Positions 21,301 to 29,472 are shown, numbered from the stretch's first letter. The stretch is DNA of 64,000 nt from Ruminococcus sp. (GCA_050944435.1 JBMNRB010000005.1:17636-81635), one strand, 5' to 3'. Notes: generated by a model not told the origin, from the letters alone. Numbers and translations are program-made.

Positions 21301-23338
21301 GACAGAGCTGACGGCCGGTTCGGAATACAGGGAAGATATTTTTCAGCGGCTGAAAGAACGGGGAATCGATTATCCCGATACAGATTATAACCGGCGAAGA
21401 GTTGAGGAGTTTACTCTTTTGTATGAGGAAGCTGTGCAGGCCGGATACGGGCAGACGGAAAAGGCTGCGGCATATATTATGGCGGAAGGAGAGAAAAGGG
21501 GAAGCAAACTGCCTCAGCTGAAGGAAAAGACCCAGCTGGACGCCATTGTGGAATATCTGCAGAAACTGGCCCGGGAGAAAGGGTATCGTCATCGTTTTAT
21601 GCTGTGGCTGCCGGTTCTTCCGGAGAAACTATATCTTTCTTCTCTGCCGGGCTTTTCCCAGCTTTGCTTTGACGGGAAAACATGGAGGGAAGAGAAAAAA
21701 GAATGGGAACTTCAGGCGTATGTGGGACTGTATGATCATCCGGTCAATCAGGTACAGCTTCCTCTGGAAGTAAACCTGGCGGCGGAAGGCCATCATGCCG
21801 TCCTGGGGATGGTTTCCAGCGGAAAAAGCACTTTCCTGCAGACGCTTCTTTTTTCCCTGGTGTGCCGTTACACGCCGGAGCATGTGAATATTTACGGCAT
21901 AGATTTCGGAAGCCGTATTCTGGCGCCCTTTGAGGGGCTGGCCCATGTGGGCGGCATCATGTATGAGAATGATTTGGATAAGCTGTCTAAATTTTTCAAC
22001 ATGATCCTGACGATGATGAAAGAAAGAAAGGAACGGTTCCAGGGAGGGAATTATGCCCAGTACGTACAGGCAAACGGTCTTAAGGTGCCGGCGGTGGTAA
22101 TTGCCATTGATCAATACGCCGGTTTTCGGGAAAAAACGAAAGACAGGTTTGAGGAGGCGATGGTTCAGATTGCAAGGGAAGGGGCAGGATACGGTATTTT
22201 CCTTGTGATCACGGCTGCCGGTTTCGGTTCGGCAGGGATTCCCGCCCGCATCGGCGATAACATCCGCACGGTGATTTCTCTGGAGATGAACGATAAGTAT
22301 CAGTATCGGGAAGCCATGCGGACTATGCAGCTTTCCGTGCTTCCGGAGCCGGGAGTGAAAGGCCGCGGTCTGGCCAAGGCAGGCGAGAGCGTACTGGAGT
22401 TTCAGACTGCGCTTGCACTGGAAGCAGAGGATGATTATGAACGCGCCAAAGAAATGGGACAGGTGTTTGAACAGATGAATCAGGCGTGGAAAGGCGCTTC
22501 TGCCCGTCCGGTTCCTTCCATACCGGAGAAGCCTGTGCTGGAAGAGTACATGAAACTGGAAGCGGTAAGGAAGACGGCAGGAGAGGCACGATGGCTGCCC
22601 ATTGGTTACAATACGGAAAATGCGGATCTTTATTCCATCGATCTGAGCCGTACGTTCTGTTACCTGGTGTCGGGGAAAAGCCGCACAGGAAAAACAAATC
22701 TGCTGAAGGTGATGATGCATACCGCCGCCTTGAAAGAGAGTTCCCTTCATGTGGTGGACGGTTCGGGAGCTCTGGGGAAACCGGCACAGGAGTTGGGAGC
22801 AGATTATATTACGGAGGAGGAAGGGTTGTACCGTACGTTAAGTGAATTAGTTCCCCTTTTCCGGGAGCGCAACAAAATGAAACGGGATGCCCTGCGGGAA
22901 GGCTATGAGGATGAAGAAATCTATGAGAAGATGAGCAGACAGGTTCCCCATTTCTTCTTCATTGATGATTTGCCTTTCTTCGTACGGCTGGTGACAAAGC
23001 CAAAAGAAGGAGTGGGAGATATGCGGGGATTTATGGAGAACATTACCGACAAGGGAAGGCTTCACAATGTATTTTTCATCGCCGCCTTTAATCAGGATCA
23101 GATGCAGCAGATGGCAGGTATTCCTCTGTACGAGAATATGGTGCGGGATAAAAAAGGCATTCATCTGGGAGGCAATACGGCGGCTCAGCGTATGTTTAAC
23201 TTTGATTATCTCCCCTACGCGAAACAGGGTAAAGAGCAGAAAGCCGGCATAGGTATGCTGCCCTCCGGCGAAGGAGCGGCGCCTTCTGTGAAAGTGGCGG
23301 TTCCCTATGCAGGCAGAAACAGTGGTGGCAATCTATGA
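18377..23338 (+). CDS. essC: Type VII secretion FtsK/SpoIIIE ATPase (EssC/YukB-like) with N-terminal FHA domain
   Basis: FHA (IGK...VSKRHA...SANGVFVN), two TM helices, three ATPase domains with Walker A GTTGSGKS / GMVSSGKS / GKSRTGKT and D1 'IIDEFAELK...GRSLGVHLILATQKP'. Confidence 0.95.
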   Translation: MAFIISVYSEEAFKEILLPALNNADSSVILYKDVFRLKEDLVLPMEVMDHRWRFLYSPDYKIQKEGQDYIGRVIQNRDVLNLTLREGKRLSLLVKETRNSFAVFEKYRLDGIRRLTIGKLPENDIQYNSFDMVSKRHALLERDEKGWCIKDQNSANGVFVNYLRMGTIKSLQFGDLISIMGLNMIFLGDILAIDTSVENLRIKEDILLPLPAPERENRRPAGRSSGEENHYFHRVPRNMEPLAEGTMEIDPPPSPGKTAARSALLTVGPSLTMALPMLLGCAMTIYASRASGGSSVFMYTGLVTAVSSALVGTVWALANMKKQKQETARQEEKRRQAYGQYLDECARTLMQQYEQNGYAMQNMYPAAYACSFYDENSMYLWNRNVTHEDFLFQRLGIGEVPFQVKIGIPKKRFSVEKDLLAERPEDLKNSFAMLKDVPVGVDLKEHRLIGVIGGSGRRGAYQVAKCLILQTAANICYTDVKIALLYDQANSIEAENLKSVKWLPHVWSEDKRIRYVGDTAVDAADVLYELTAVVRKRAEEAAGNPAGRKMPKPHYLLVVTDPALLEGELIAKYVYEPREEYGLTTVILVERYEDLPNACEYIVENDGQFQGIYSVGNDSSRKQHVVFDDISGEQMENFARRLSRIEVNEIETGGEIPADLSFLDMYHVGRIEDLQVENRWMKNRTYDSMKALIGQKAGGAPCYLDVHEKYHGPHGLVAGTTGSGKSELLQTYILSLAVNYSPDDISFFIIDFKGGGMANLFAGLPHMAGQISNLSGNQIRRAMVSIKSENRRRQRLFNEHSVNNINQYTRLYKDNEASVPIPHLFIIIDEFAELKREEPDFMRELISVAQVGRSLGVHLILATQKPSGTVDDNIWSNSKFRLCLRVQDRQDSSDMLHKPDAAYLTQAGRCYLQVGNDELYELFQSGYSGAVYDDKVSGRTDLAKMVSITGRAALVGNRIRLKQKEENRRRWIELLTELTAGSEYREDIFQRLKERGIDYPDTDYNRRRVEEFTLLYEEAVQAGYGQTEKAAAYIMAEGEKRGSKLPQLKEKTQLDAIVEYLQKLAREKGYRHRFMLWLPVLPEKLYLSSLPGFSQLCFDGKTWREEKKEWELQAYVGLYDHPVNQVQLPLEVNLAAEGHHAVLGMVSSGKSTFLQTLLFSLVCRYTPEHVNIYGIDFGSRILAPFEGLAHVGGIMYENDLDKLSKFFNMILTMMKERKERFQGGNYAQYVQANGLKVPAVVIAIDQYAGFREKTKDRFEEAMVQIAREGAGYGIFLVITAAGFGSAGIPARIGDNIRTVISLEMNDKYQYREAMRTMQLSVLPEPGVKGRGLAKAGESVLEFQTALALEAEDDYERAKEMGQVFEQMNQAWKGASARPVPSIPEKPVLEEYMKLEAVRKTAGEARWLPIGYNTENADLYSIDLSRTFCYLVSGKSRTGKTNLLKVMMHTAALKESSLHVVDGSGALGKPAQELGADYITEEEGLYRTLSELVPLFRERNKMKRDALREGYEDEEIYEKMSRQVPHFFFIDDLPFFVRLVTKPKEGVGDMRGFMENITDKGRLHNVFFIAAFNQDQMQQMAGIPLYENMVRDKKGIHLGGNTAAQRMFNFDYLPYAKQGKEQKAGIGMLPSGEGAAPSVKVAVPYAGRNSGGNL

Positions 23339-24045
23339 TTTCCTGTATGACTTATGATTCCCAGGGAAAAGAGCTGAGGGAATTGGAAACAATTATGAAA
23401 GACGAGGCGGCATACGCCTGCGAGGAAAAGTGGATCTGGCAGTTTCTGGAACACTGGGAGGAAGCCGGCGACTGGCTGGAGAAGGGGCCTCTTTTGGATC
23501 TGGCATGTCTGGATGTGACAGATCCGGAAGTCCTGGGAGAACTGGAAGCATTTCGGAAGAAATATCAGAAAACGCTGCTGATGGTCATAGCCGACGGAAA
23601 CGTCTCCCCCATGTGTTATCTGAAACCTTCCGTTTTTCCCGCTTCTTTGCTGCTCAGGCCGGCGGATAAAAACCAGATCCGTCAGGTGGTGCGGGAATTT
23701 TTCGAGGCTTTCTGCCGGGAGCGGGGGGAGAAAGAACCCCGGGAAACCTTTGTGGTGGAGACCAGAGAGGGCAAGACCTGGATTCCCTATGAGCAGATTG
23801 TATTTTTTGAGGCCAGGGAGAAAAAAGTTTTTGTCAGGGCCGGTATTTCAGAGTACGGGCTGTATGATACGCTGGAAAATATCCAGGGGAGGCTGCCGGA
23901 TGATTTCCTGCGCTGTCACAGGAGTTATATTGTGAATAAAAAGCAGATTGAACGGGTGAGGCTTTCTCAGAACTTAATTGAGATGAAGGATGGAGCGGGG
24001 ATTCCTGTCTCCAGAAGCTACAGAACGGATGTGAAGAATATATGA
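23335..24045 (+). CDS. LytTR-family DNA-binding regulator with atypical receiver domain
   Basis: C-terminal 'FLRCHRSYIVN...IPVSRSY' LytTR; receiver keeps the LDV Asp but shows YDSQ, IAD and LLRP in place of DD, T/S and KP. Confidence 0.85.
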   Translation: MISCMTYDSQGKELRELETIMKDEAAYACEEKWIWQFLEHWEEAGDWLEKGPLLDLACLDVTDPEVLGELEAFRKKYQKTLLMVIADGNVSPMCYLKPSVFPASLLLRPADKNQIRQVVREFFEAFCRERGEKEPRETFVVETREGKTWIPYEQIVFFEAREKKVFVRAGISEYGLYDTLENIQGRLPDDFLRCHRSYIVNKKQIERVRLSQNLIEMKDGAGIPVSRSYRTDVKNI

Positions 24046-24725
24046 TGGAAAATTGGTACGTTTTATCCCCAGGGGAACTTACGGTGCTGGCTGCGGGAAT
24101 GGGAATCGGCAGCTTTTACGGGCTGGAGTTTGATCCTCCCGATTTCGACAGAAATTCTTATCTTGATTTGATTTATCAAATGACAAAGAAGGGATTGCTG
24201 ACAGCCCGGGAAAACCGGGTGGAAGCAGCAGAAGAGATGAAGAGACTGTTTGGGCCGCTTCGGGATGGGGGAAGAATTCTCCTTTGCATGCCGGCGCGGG
24301 AAATATTTCCCGCCTGGTGCTGCTACTGCACCGCCGGCCAGGTGACCGTGACGGAAAAAAGTCCGGTGGACCGGGACAAAATCAGGCTGTGCGCCGTTGA
24401 AAACCGGGAAAGGGCAATGGAGCTTCTTATGGAAACCTATTTTCCGGAGAAAATAGCGGAAACAGCGGATATGCTTGCCGTTGAGACAAAGACTGAAGAA
24501 TTCGGCGGAGTATTTCCGCCGGCGGAAGAAGTGTTAAAAGACGAGAAAGTCCGGATGGTGATGGATGCGCTGGATCCGGCGGACGGCGGAGTATGCGCCC
24601 GGCTTTGCATAACAAAACATCCCTTTGGATATGAGATACTGTATCAGGGGGAACAGGAGGAAAAATGTTTCTTTGGAAAGGATCGGATGAAAAAGTATCT
24701 GAACAGGATGACGGGAGGCGGATGA
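24042..24725 (+). CDS. Hypothetical T7SS-associated soluble protein, possibly EsaE/EspG-like
   Basis: 227 aa, within the operon; N-terminal 'YVLSPGELTVLAA' recalls EsaE/EspG N-termini (by eye only). Confidence 0.5.
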   Translation: MMENWYVLSPGELTVLAAGMGIGSFYGLEFDPPDFDRNSYLDLIYQMTKKGLLTARENRVEAAEEMKRLFGPLRDGGRILLCMPAREIFPAWCCYCTAGQVTVTEKSPVDRDKIRLCAVENRERAMELLMETYFPEKIAETADMLAVETKTEEFGGVFPPAEEVLKDEKVRMVMDALDPADGGVCARLCITKHPFGYEILYQGEQEEKCFFGKDRMKKYLNRMTGGG

Positions 24726-24726
24726 A

Positions 24727-24975
24727 GTGATAATGGTGGATGTTTACGTGCCGTCTGTGGACCGGGAGTATGATTTTGAGATAGATGAACATGCGCCGGT
24801 ATATATGGTGACGGAGGAAATTACGGCCATGGTATGTCAGAAGGAACAGTGCGTGCTGACAGGGGACGTCAGAAAATTGCTTCTGTGCGATAGACAGACC
24901 CAGCGGATTCTCAGTTCCCGGCGCAGTCTGAGTGAATGCGGGATCAAAACGGGAAATAAACTGCTTCTGGTTTAA
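24727..24975 (+). CDS. esaB: EsaB/YukD-like ubiquitin-fold T7SS protein
   Basis: 82 aa, 'YDFEIDEHAPV...ILSSRRSLSECGIKTGNKLLLV'; T7SS context. Confidence 0.85.
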   Translation: MIMVDVYVPSVDREYDFEIDEHAPVYMVTEEITAMVCQKEQCVLTGDVRKLLLCDRQTQRILSSRRSLSECGIKTGNKLLLV

Positions 24976-25072
24976 CCTGCCGTCTGTCGGGGAAAACAGG
25001 CTGTTCGTCGCTTTTTGCACCGTTTTTTGCAGCAGATGATATAGTAAATACAGGAAGGATGGAAGAAAGCTT

Positions 25073-25432
25073 ATGAGATTCAATCCGGTAAAGGTAATGG
25101 GTACGGCGGAAATAATTCTGAATGAGAAGAGACGGCTGGGCCGGATGGAAGAAGAGCTGGAGATGGTGATGAAACAGATCGGGGATGATTCACTTTTTTC
25201 TGAAGTGAAAGCTTCTCTTGGAAATCAGCTTGAGATGATCCGCCGAGAGAAGGAGTCGGCCGGACAGATGATTCTGGCCCTGGAGGAAATCTGCCGTATG
25301 GTGCAGGAGTGCGAGCGGCGCGTTATGGATGAGATGGAACAGGAGCAGATCCGTTATCCCCGCCTGGCCGTGGGATATCAATATATCCGGATTCCTTCGT
25401 TTTCCTCGAATCCTCTGGGAATTATCCGGTAA
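25073..25432 (+). CDS. Small helical protein, degenerate WXG100-like (no WxG)
   Basis: 119 aa, helix-turn-helix hairpin pattern, heads the WXG100 array. Confidence 0.55.
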   Translation: MRFNPVKVMGTAEIILNEKRRLGRMEEELEMVMKQIGDDSLFSEVKASLGNQLEMIRREKESAGQMILALEEICRMVQECERRVMDEMEQEQIRYPRLAVGYQYIRIPSFSSNPLGIIR

Positions 25433-25476
25433 GATTTTCACAGGCGGGATATGGCCTTGCAGGAAAGGAGAGCCAA

Positions 25477-25779
25477 ATGGACAGAGAACTGGAAGTGGAT
25501 ACAATGAACCTTAACCAGAAGGCGGCGCGTTTTGCAGAACTTGCCCTGGCCCTTGAGGAAGATCTGGAGGAGCTTCGGGGGAGTCTTATGGAGCTGAACG
25601 GCAGTTGGGAAGGGGATGCCGCCCGGGCCTTTGAACGGCAGTTTCAGGGGGATTATGAAACGATGAAAACGGTCTGCGAGACCGTAAAGGAACTGCAGAA
25701 TACCATGGAGTACGCAAAGGGAGAATACATAAGGTGTGAGCAGGCGGTAGAAGATACCGTGGCGGCGATTAAAATTTAG
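25477..25779 (+). CDS. WXG100 family protein
   Basis: 100 aa, central WEG, C-terminal YIRCE. Confidence 0.92.
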   Translation: MDRELEVDTMNLNQKAARFAELALALEEDLEELRGSLMELNGSWEGDAARAFERQFQGDYETMKTVCETVKELQNTMEYAKGEYIRCEQAVEDTVAAIKI

Positions 25780-25796
25780 CGGGAGGCAAAAAGCGT

Positions 25797-26105
25797 ATGG
25801 TAATTCGGGTAACAACAGAAGAATTAAGGAAAAGGGCTGATGACGCTTGGCAGAAAATAAACAAGATGAGCAGAGATTTCCAAAGTATTGCGGATCTGAT
25901 CTCACAGACGGCAGGATGCTGGCAGGGAGAGGCGGGAGATCTCTACCGGAGTATTTTTGAAAAAGAAAAGCCGGATATGGAGAAAATTTTGAAACGGCTG
26001 GGGGAATTTCCCGAAGATTTATTGGAGATGGCAGGCGTATACGAAGGAACGGAGCGGGAAATCCAGGCTCTGGAAAGCAGTCTTCCGGTGGATGTGATTT
26101 CATAG
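25797..26105 (+). CDS. WXG100 family protein
   Basis: 102 aa, central WQG, C-terminal YEGTE. Confidence 0.92.
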   Translation: MVIRVTTEELRKRADDAWQKINKMSRDFQSIADLISQTAGCWQGEAGDLYRSIFEKEKPDMEKILKRLGEFPEDLLEMAGVYEGTEREIQALESSLPVDVIS

Positions 26106-26115
26106 GAGGTGTCAG

Positions 26116-26424
26116 ATGGCGACAGCGTGGACAATTGAGATGGACTATGCCAGGGCGGTCAGCCAGGCGAAACAACTGGAGAGTCTTTCCGGTGAACTGG
26201 AAAAAACGGCCATTCAGCTGGAAAACGCCATGGAACAGTTAAAAAGCGGCTGGCAGGGGGAAGGAGCCGACGTTTACCGGGGCAAAGGGAATCAGCTGGC
26301 GGAAAAGATAACAAAGAATGCCAGACAGCTGGAAAATACTGCTCAGGCGATACGGAACATTGCCCGGGAAGTCCGGGAGGCGGAACTGGAGAATTTAAGA
26401 ATAGCAGAAGAAAGAACGTATTAA
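26116..26424 (+). CDS. WXG100 family protein
   Basis: 102 aa, central WQG; lacks the Tyr of the YxxxE motif (VREAE). Confidence 0.88.
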   Translation: MATAWTIEMDYARAVSQAKQLESLSGELEKTAIQLENAMEQLKSGWQGEGADVYRGKGNQLAEKITKNARQLENTAQAIRNIAREVREAELENLRIAEERTY

Positions 26425-26430
26425 AGGAGG

Positions 26431-26739
26431 ATGGATAATATGGCAGAAATTATGGTAACGTCACGGGAGCTGAAAAACAAAGCGGAAGAGCTGAGAAGTC
26501 AGAATACCAGTCTGAAGTCCGCCATTGAGACTTTGGGAAGTCTTGAGGCCGAGCTGGCTTCCATGTGGGAAGGATCGGCGAAGGATGCTTTTCACAATGC
26601 TTTTACGAAGGATAAGGGTCAGATGGAAACCTTCAAAAGCACCATTGATCAATATGCTGCGGCGCTGGATGAGATTGCAGCGAAATATGCCCAGGCAGAA
26701 GCAGCCAACGCCAATATTGCCAATACAAGGAATTACTGA
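26431..26739 (+). CDS. WXG100 family protein (EsxA-like)
   Basis: 102 aa, central WEG, C-terminal YAQAE. Confidence 0.93.
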   Translation: MDNMAEIMVTSRELKNKAEELRSQNTSLKSAIETLGSLEAELASMWEGSAKDAFHNAFTKDKGQMETFKSTIDQYAAALDEIAAKYAQAEAANANIANTRNY

Positions 26740-26769
26740 TTCGTTTTATAAGATTGGGAAACAGGAGGT

Positions 26770-27090
26770 ATGAATATGGACGGAACGTTAAAAGTGACAC
26801 CGGAGAAACTTATTGCAGCAGCGTCAGAGTTTTCAGCTCAGGGAAACACGGTAAGCAGTCTGACACAACAGATGATGACCATTGTACAGGGGTTAAGCAG
26901 CGTATGGCAGGGGGAAGCCTCTTCTGCTTATCTGGCCAGGTTTCAGCAGCTTCAGGGAGATATTGATCAGATGAATAAAATGATCCAGGAACATGTGCAG
27001 GATTTAAATGATATGGCGAGAAATTATCAGTCTGCGGAAGATGCCGGAAAGGATATTGCAGCCGGACTGGCTTCTGATGTAATATTATAA
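26770..27090 (+). CDS. WXG100 family protein (EsxA-like)
   Basis: 106 aa, 'LKVTPEKL', central WQG, C-terminal YQSAE. Confidence 0.93.
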   Translation: MNMDGTLKVTPEKLIAAASEFSAQGNTVSSLTQQMMTIVQGLSSVWQGEASSAYLARFQQLQGDIDQMNKMIQEHVQDLNDMARNYQSAEDAGKDIAAGLASDVIL

Positions 27091-27104
27091 AATGCCGGAA
27101 TGGG

Positions 27105-27144
27105 AGGTCACATATCCGCCTGCAGCGGGGCGGATATGTGACCT
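27105..27144 (+). other. Perfect 16-bp inverted repeat without a U-tract
   Basis: AGGTCACATATCCGCC-tgcagcgg-GGCGGATATGTGACCT. Confidence 0.7.
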
Positions 27145-27190
27145 GAAGATATTTCCGGTTATAAAAAAGCATTGAAAGGAAGGCGAAAGT

Positions 27191-27961
27191 TTGTATAAAG
27201 TCATAGCGTCCTGCATCAGCCACTGCGGCAAAGTGCGGGAGATTAATGAAGACAATCTGTGTTTTGACGGAAAATATTTAGAAGAGAAACACCGGGGACT
27301 GGAAAGAGCCGTTACCATACGAAGAGGCACCGAAAGTCTGCTGTGTTTCGGGATTTTTGATGGAATGGGGGGCGAAAAGGACGGCGAAGTTGCTTCTTAT
27401 CTGGCGGCAGTTCATTTCCGGGAAGAACTGAATCGGCTGGAGGAATGGCAGAAAAATCCCCGGGATTTTCTCGATAATATCTGCAAAGAGATGAACCGGG
27501 CAATCTGTGAGGAGGCAAAAGAGAGAAAAGCCAACGGTATGGGAACGACGGCCACGATCCTCTGTTTTCACAATGAAGAGATGACGGTGTGCAATCTGGG
27601 AGACAGTCCGGCGTTTCTTGTAAGGGAAGGAGAGATGATTCCGGTTTACGAGGAACATACCAATCGTCATTTCCTGGAAGAGCAGGGAATTACGGGAAGG
27701 AAGCCCTCATTGACCCAGTGTCTGGGAATTCCCCCGGAGGAGATGGTGATTCACCCTTATATCCATGAGGATGATCTGAGAGAAGGCGATCAATATCTGA
27801 TCTGCAGCGACGGGCTGACGGATATGATTTCCAAAGAGGAAATCCTGGCTATACTGCAGGAAAACCTGACCCCGGGAGATTGTGTGAAAAAGCTGCAGGA
27901 CAGAGCGCTGGAGCAGGGAGGAAAAGATAATATTACAATTATACTGTGCAGAATCGTTTAA
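27191..27961 (+). CDS. PP2C/PPM family Ser/Thr phosphatase
   Basis: 'GKVREINED', 'IFDGMGG', 'GTT', 'NLGDSP', 'ICSDGL', 'GGKDNIT'. Confidence 0.93.
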   Translation: MYKVIASCISHCGKVREINEDNLCFDGKYLEEKHRGLERAVTIRRGTESLLCFGIFDGMGGEKDGEVASYLAAVHFREELNRLEEWQKNPRDFLDNICKEMNRAICEEAKERKANGMGTTATILCFHNEEMTVCNLGDSPAFLVREGEMIPVYEEHTNRHFLEEQGITGRKPSLTQCLGIPPEEMVIHPYIHEDDLREGDQYLICSDGLTDMISKEEILAILQENLTPGDCVKKLQDRALEQGGKDNITIILCRIV

Positions 27962-28101
27962 CAGTCTTCAGAACCGGAAAACCGGGGCTGGGGCTTTTTG
28001 GCGTTAAAGGAAAAGAAGAAATTTTTGCTTTTTGTCAAATCTGTGGTATGATGGGGTATGACCTGGGGGGAGTAATGGGGTAAGTTGAGGAGTGATTTGA
28101 A

Positions 28102-29472
28102 ATGAAGGGTAATATGCAAAGTTTAAATCAGTATCAGAAAACTCATAAAATGGATCAGGAAACGGTACTGCAGATGGGAATCGATATTTGTCAGTATCTG
28201 AAACGGGGCGTACCCCATGGGGAAATCCGTTCCTCCAGTATTTTGGTATCCGAAGACGGAGAGTTTGTCCTGAAGGAAGAAAATCTGTATATGGATCCGG
28301 ATCCGGCAGGGGACGTCTATGCGCTGGGAATGCTGATGTATCGGCTGCTGAATCATGGGAGACTGCCGTTTATGCCGCCCTATCCCAAACAGGTGACCCA
28401 GGAAGAAAAAGAACAGGCAATCAACCGGTGTCTGTCGGGTGAAACTCTTCCAGACCCCGCAGACGGCGGTCAGCAGATGGGAGAGGTTCTGCGAAAAGCG
28501 TGTCATGCCGACCGCAGCGTCCGTTTTCAGACGGCGCGGGAGCTGGAAACGGCGCTGAACAGTGTCCTTGAGATAAAACCTGTTTACAAAGAACAGCAGG
28601 AAGAAGAAAAGCAGTCTGGAAAAAAGAACAAAGAAAATAAAAAGAAAAGAGAGAGTGGGAAGAAGGAGAAAAAGAAAAAAAAGTCAGGGATTTCCATGCC
28701 TTCTGCGCCATCTTTTTCTTTAGGACAGATCGGACGCAGGGGGATTTTTGTCTTTCTCTCCCTGCTTCTTTCCCTGGTGTGGATTATTATGGAAAACCGG
28801 ATGACTATAGCGGGAACGGCCGGGATGATGTTTTATGGCTACTGTCTGGCACAGGGAATTTTGCTGCTGATTTCTATGGGAGCAGGAGGGATGTTTCTGA
28901 AACTGCTGTGGGGCGTTTCCTTCCTGGATCTTTTGTTTGTGGCCCTTTATGATATTGTGCTGGAAGGATTGATGAACCGTTACGGCGTGTCCATTCCCGA
29001 TTTTTACCATCCTGGATATATGGCAGTGATACTGCCGCTGGCGGCGGGGATCATCTATTTTGCGGGGAATCTGCTGAAAGGAGGATTCGGCTATGGCCAG
29101 GCCAGACTTTGCACGCTGATTATGACGGCGGCGGGCATTGTCATGCTTTTTTTTAATCTGACCGGTATAGATATCAGTTTTTTTTCGCTGGGGCTTTATC
29201 CCTATTGGTGCGGCGTTGTCGTGCTGGTTTTGGGAATACTGGCCATGGAGAACGAATGGTCCGGTTCCGGAGTAAAACTTCTTTGCTTCCTGACGGTTTG
29301 TATTTCCATGGGAGTGATGGTGCTGAACGGATTTTGGGAGCAGATTGCGGCTTTTGGGCTTCCGGCCGGAGGAATCGAACGGATCTTACTGATACTTATG
29401 ATCCTTTGTTCGGCAGCAGCCTGGTTTTTGCTGGGCAGGGGCAGGAACCGGAGAGGTCCTGTGTCGAATTAA
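28102..29472 (+). CDS. Kinase C-lobe-only pseudokinase fused to a polytopic membrane domain
   Basis: HGEIRSSSIL, DVYALG and RFQTAREL present; no Gly loop, VAIK or DFG; Lys-rich linker, then about 8 hydrophobic helices. Confidence 0.7.
   Translation: MKGNMQSLNQYQKTHKMDQETVLQMGIDICQYLKRGVPHGEIRSSSILVSEDGEFVLKEENLYMDPDPAGDVYALGMLMYRLLNHGRLPFMPPYPKQVTQEEKEQAINRCLSGETLPDPADGGQQMGEVLRKACHADRSVRFQTARELETALNSVLEIKPVYKEQQEEEKQSGKKNKENKKKRESGKKEKKKKKSGISMPSAPSFSLGQIGRRGIFVFLSLLLSLVWIIMENRMTIAGTAGMMFYGYCLAQGILLLISMGAGGMFLKLLWGVSFLDLLFVALYDIVLEGLMNRYGVSIPDFYHPGYMAVILPLAAGIIYFAGNLLKGGFGYGQARLCTLIMTAAGIVMLFFNLTGIDISFFSLGLYPYWCGVVVLVLGILAMENEWSGSGVKLLCFLTVCISMGVMVLNGFWEQIAAFGLPAGGIERILLILMILCSAAAWFLLGRGRNRRGPVSN

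Noticed and set aside
20543-22750. Long antisense ORFs (349 and 373 aa) within essC, and similar ones at 5620-6378, 25438-26175, 52792-53619 and 59223-60164
   Set aside because: They are shadows of well-supported sense genes, with no recognisable motifs.
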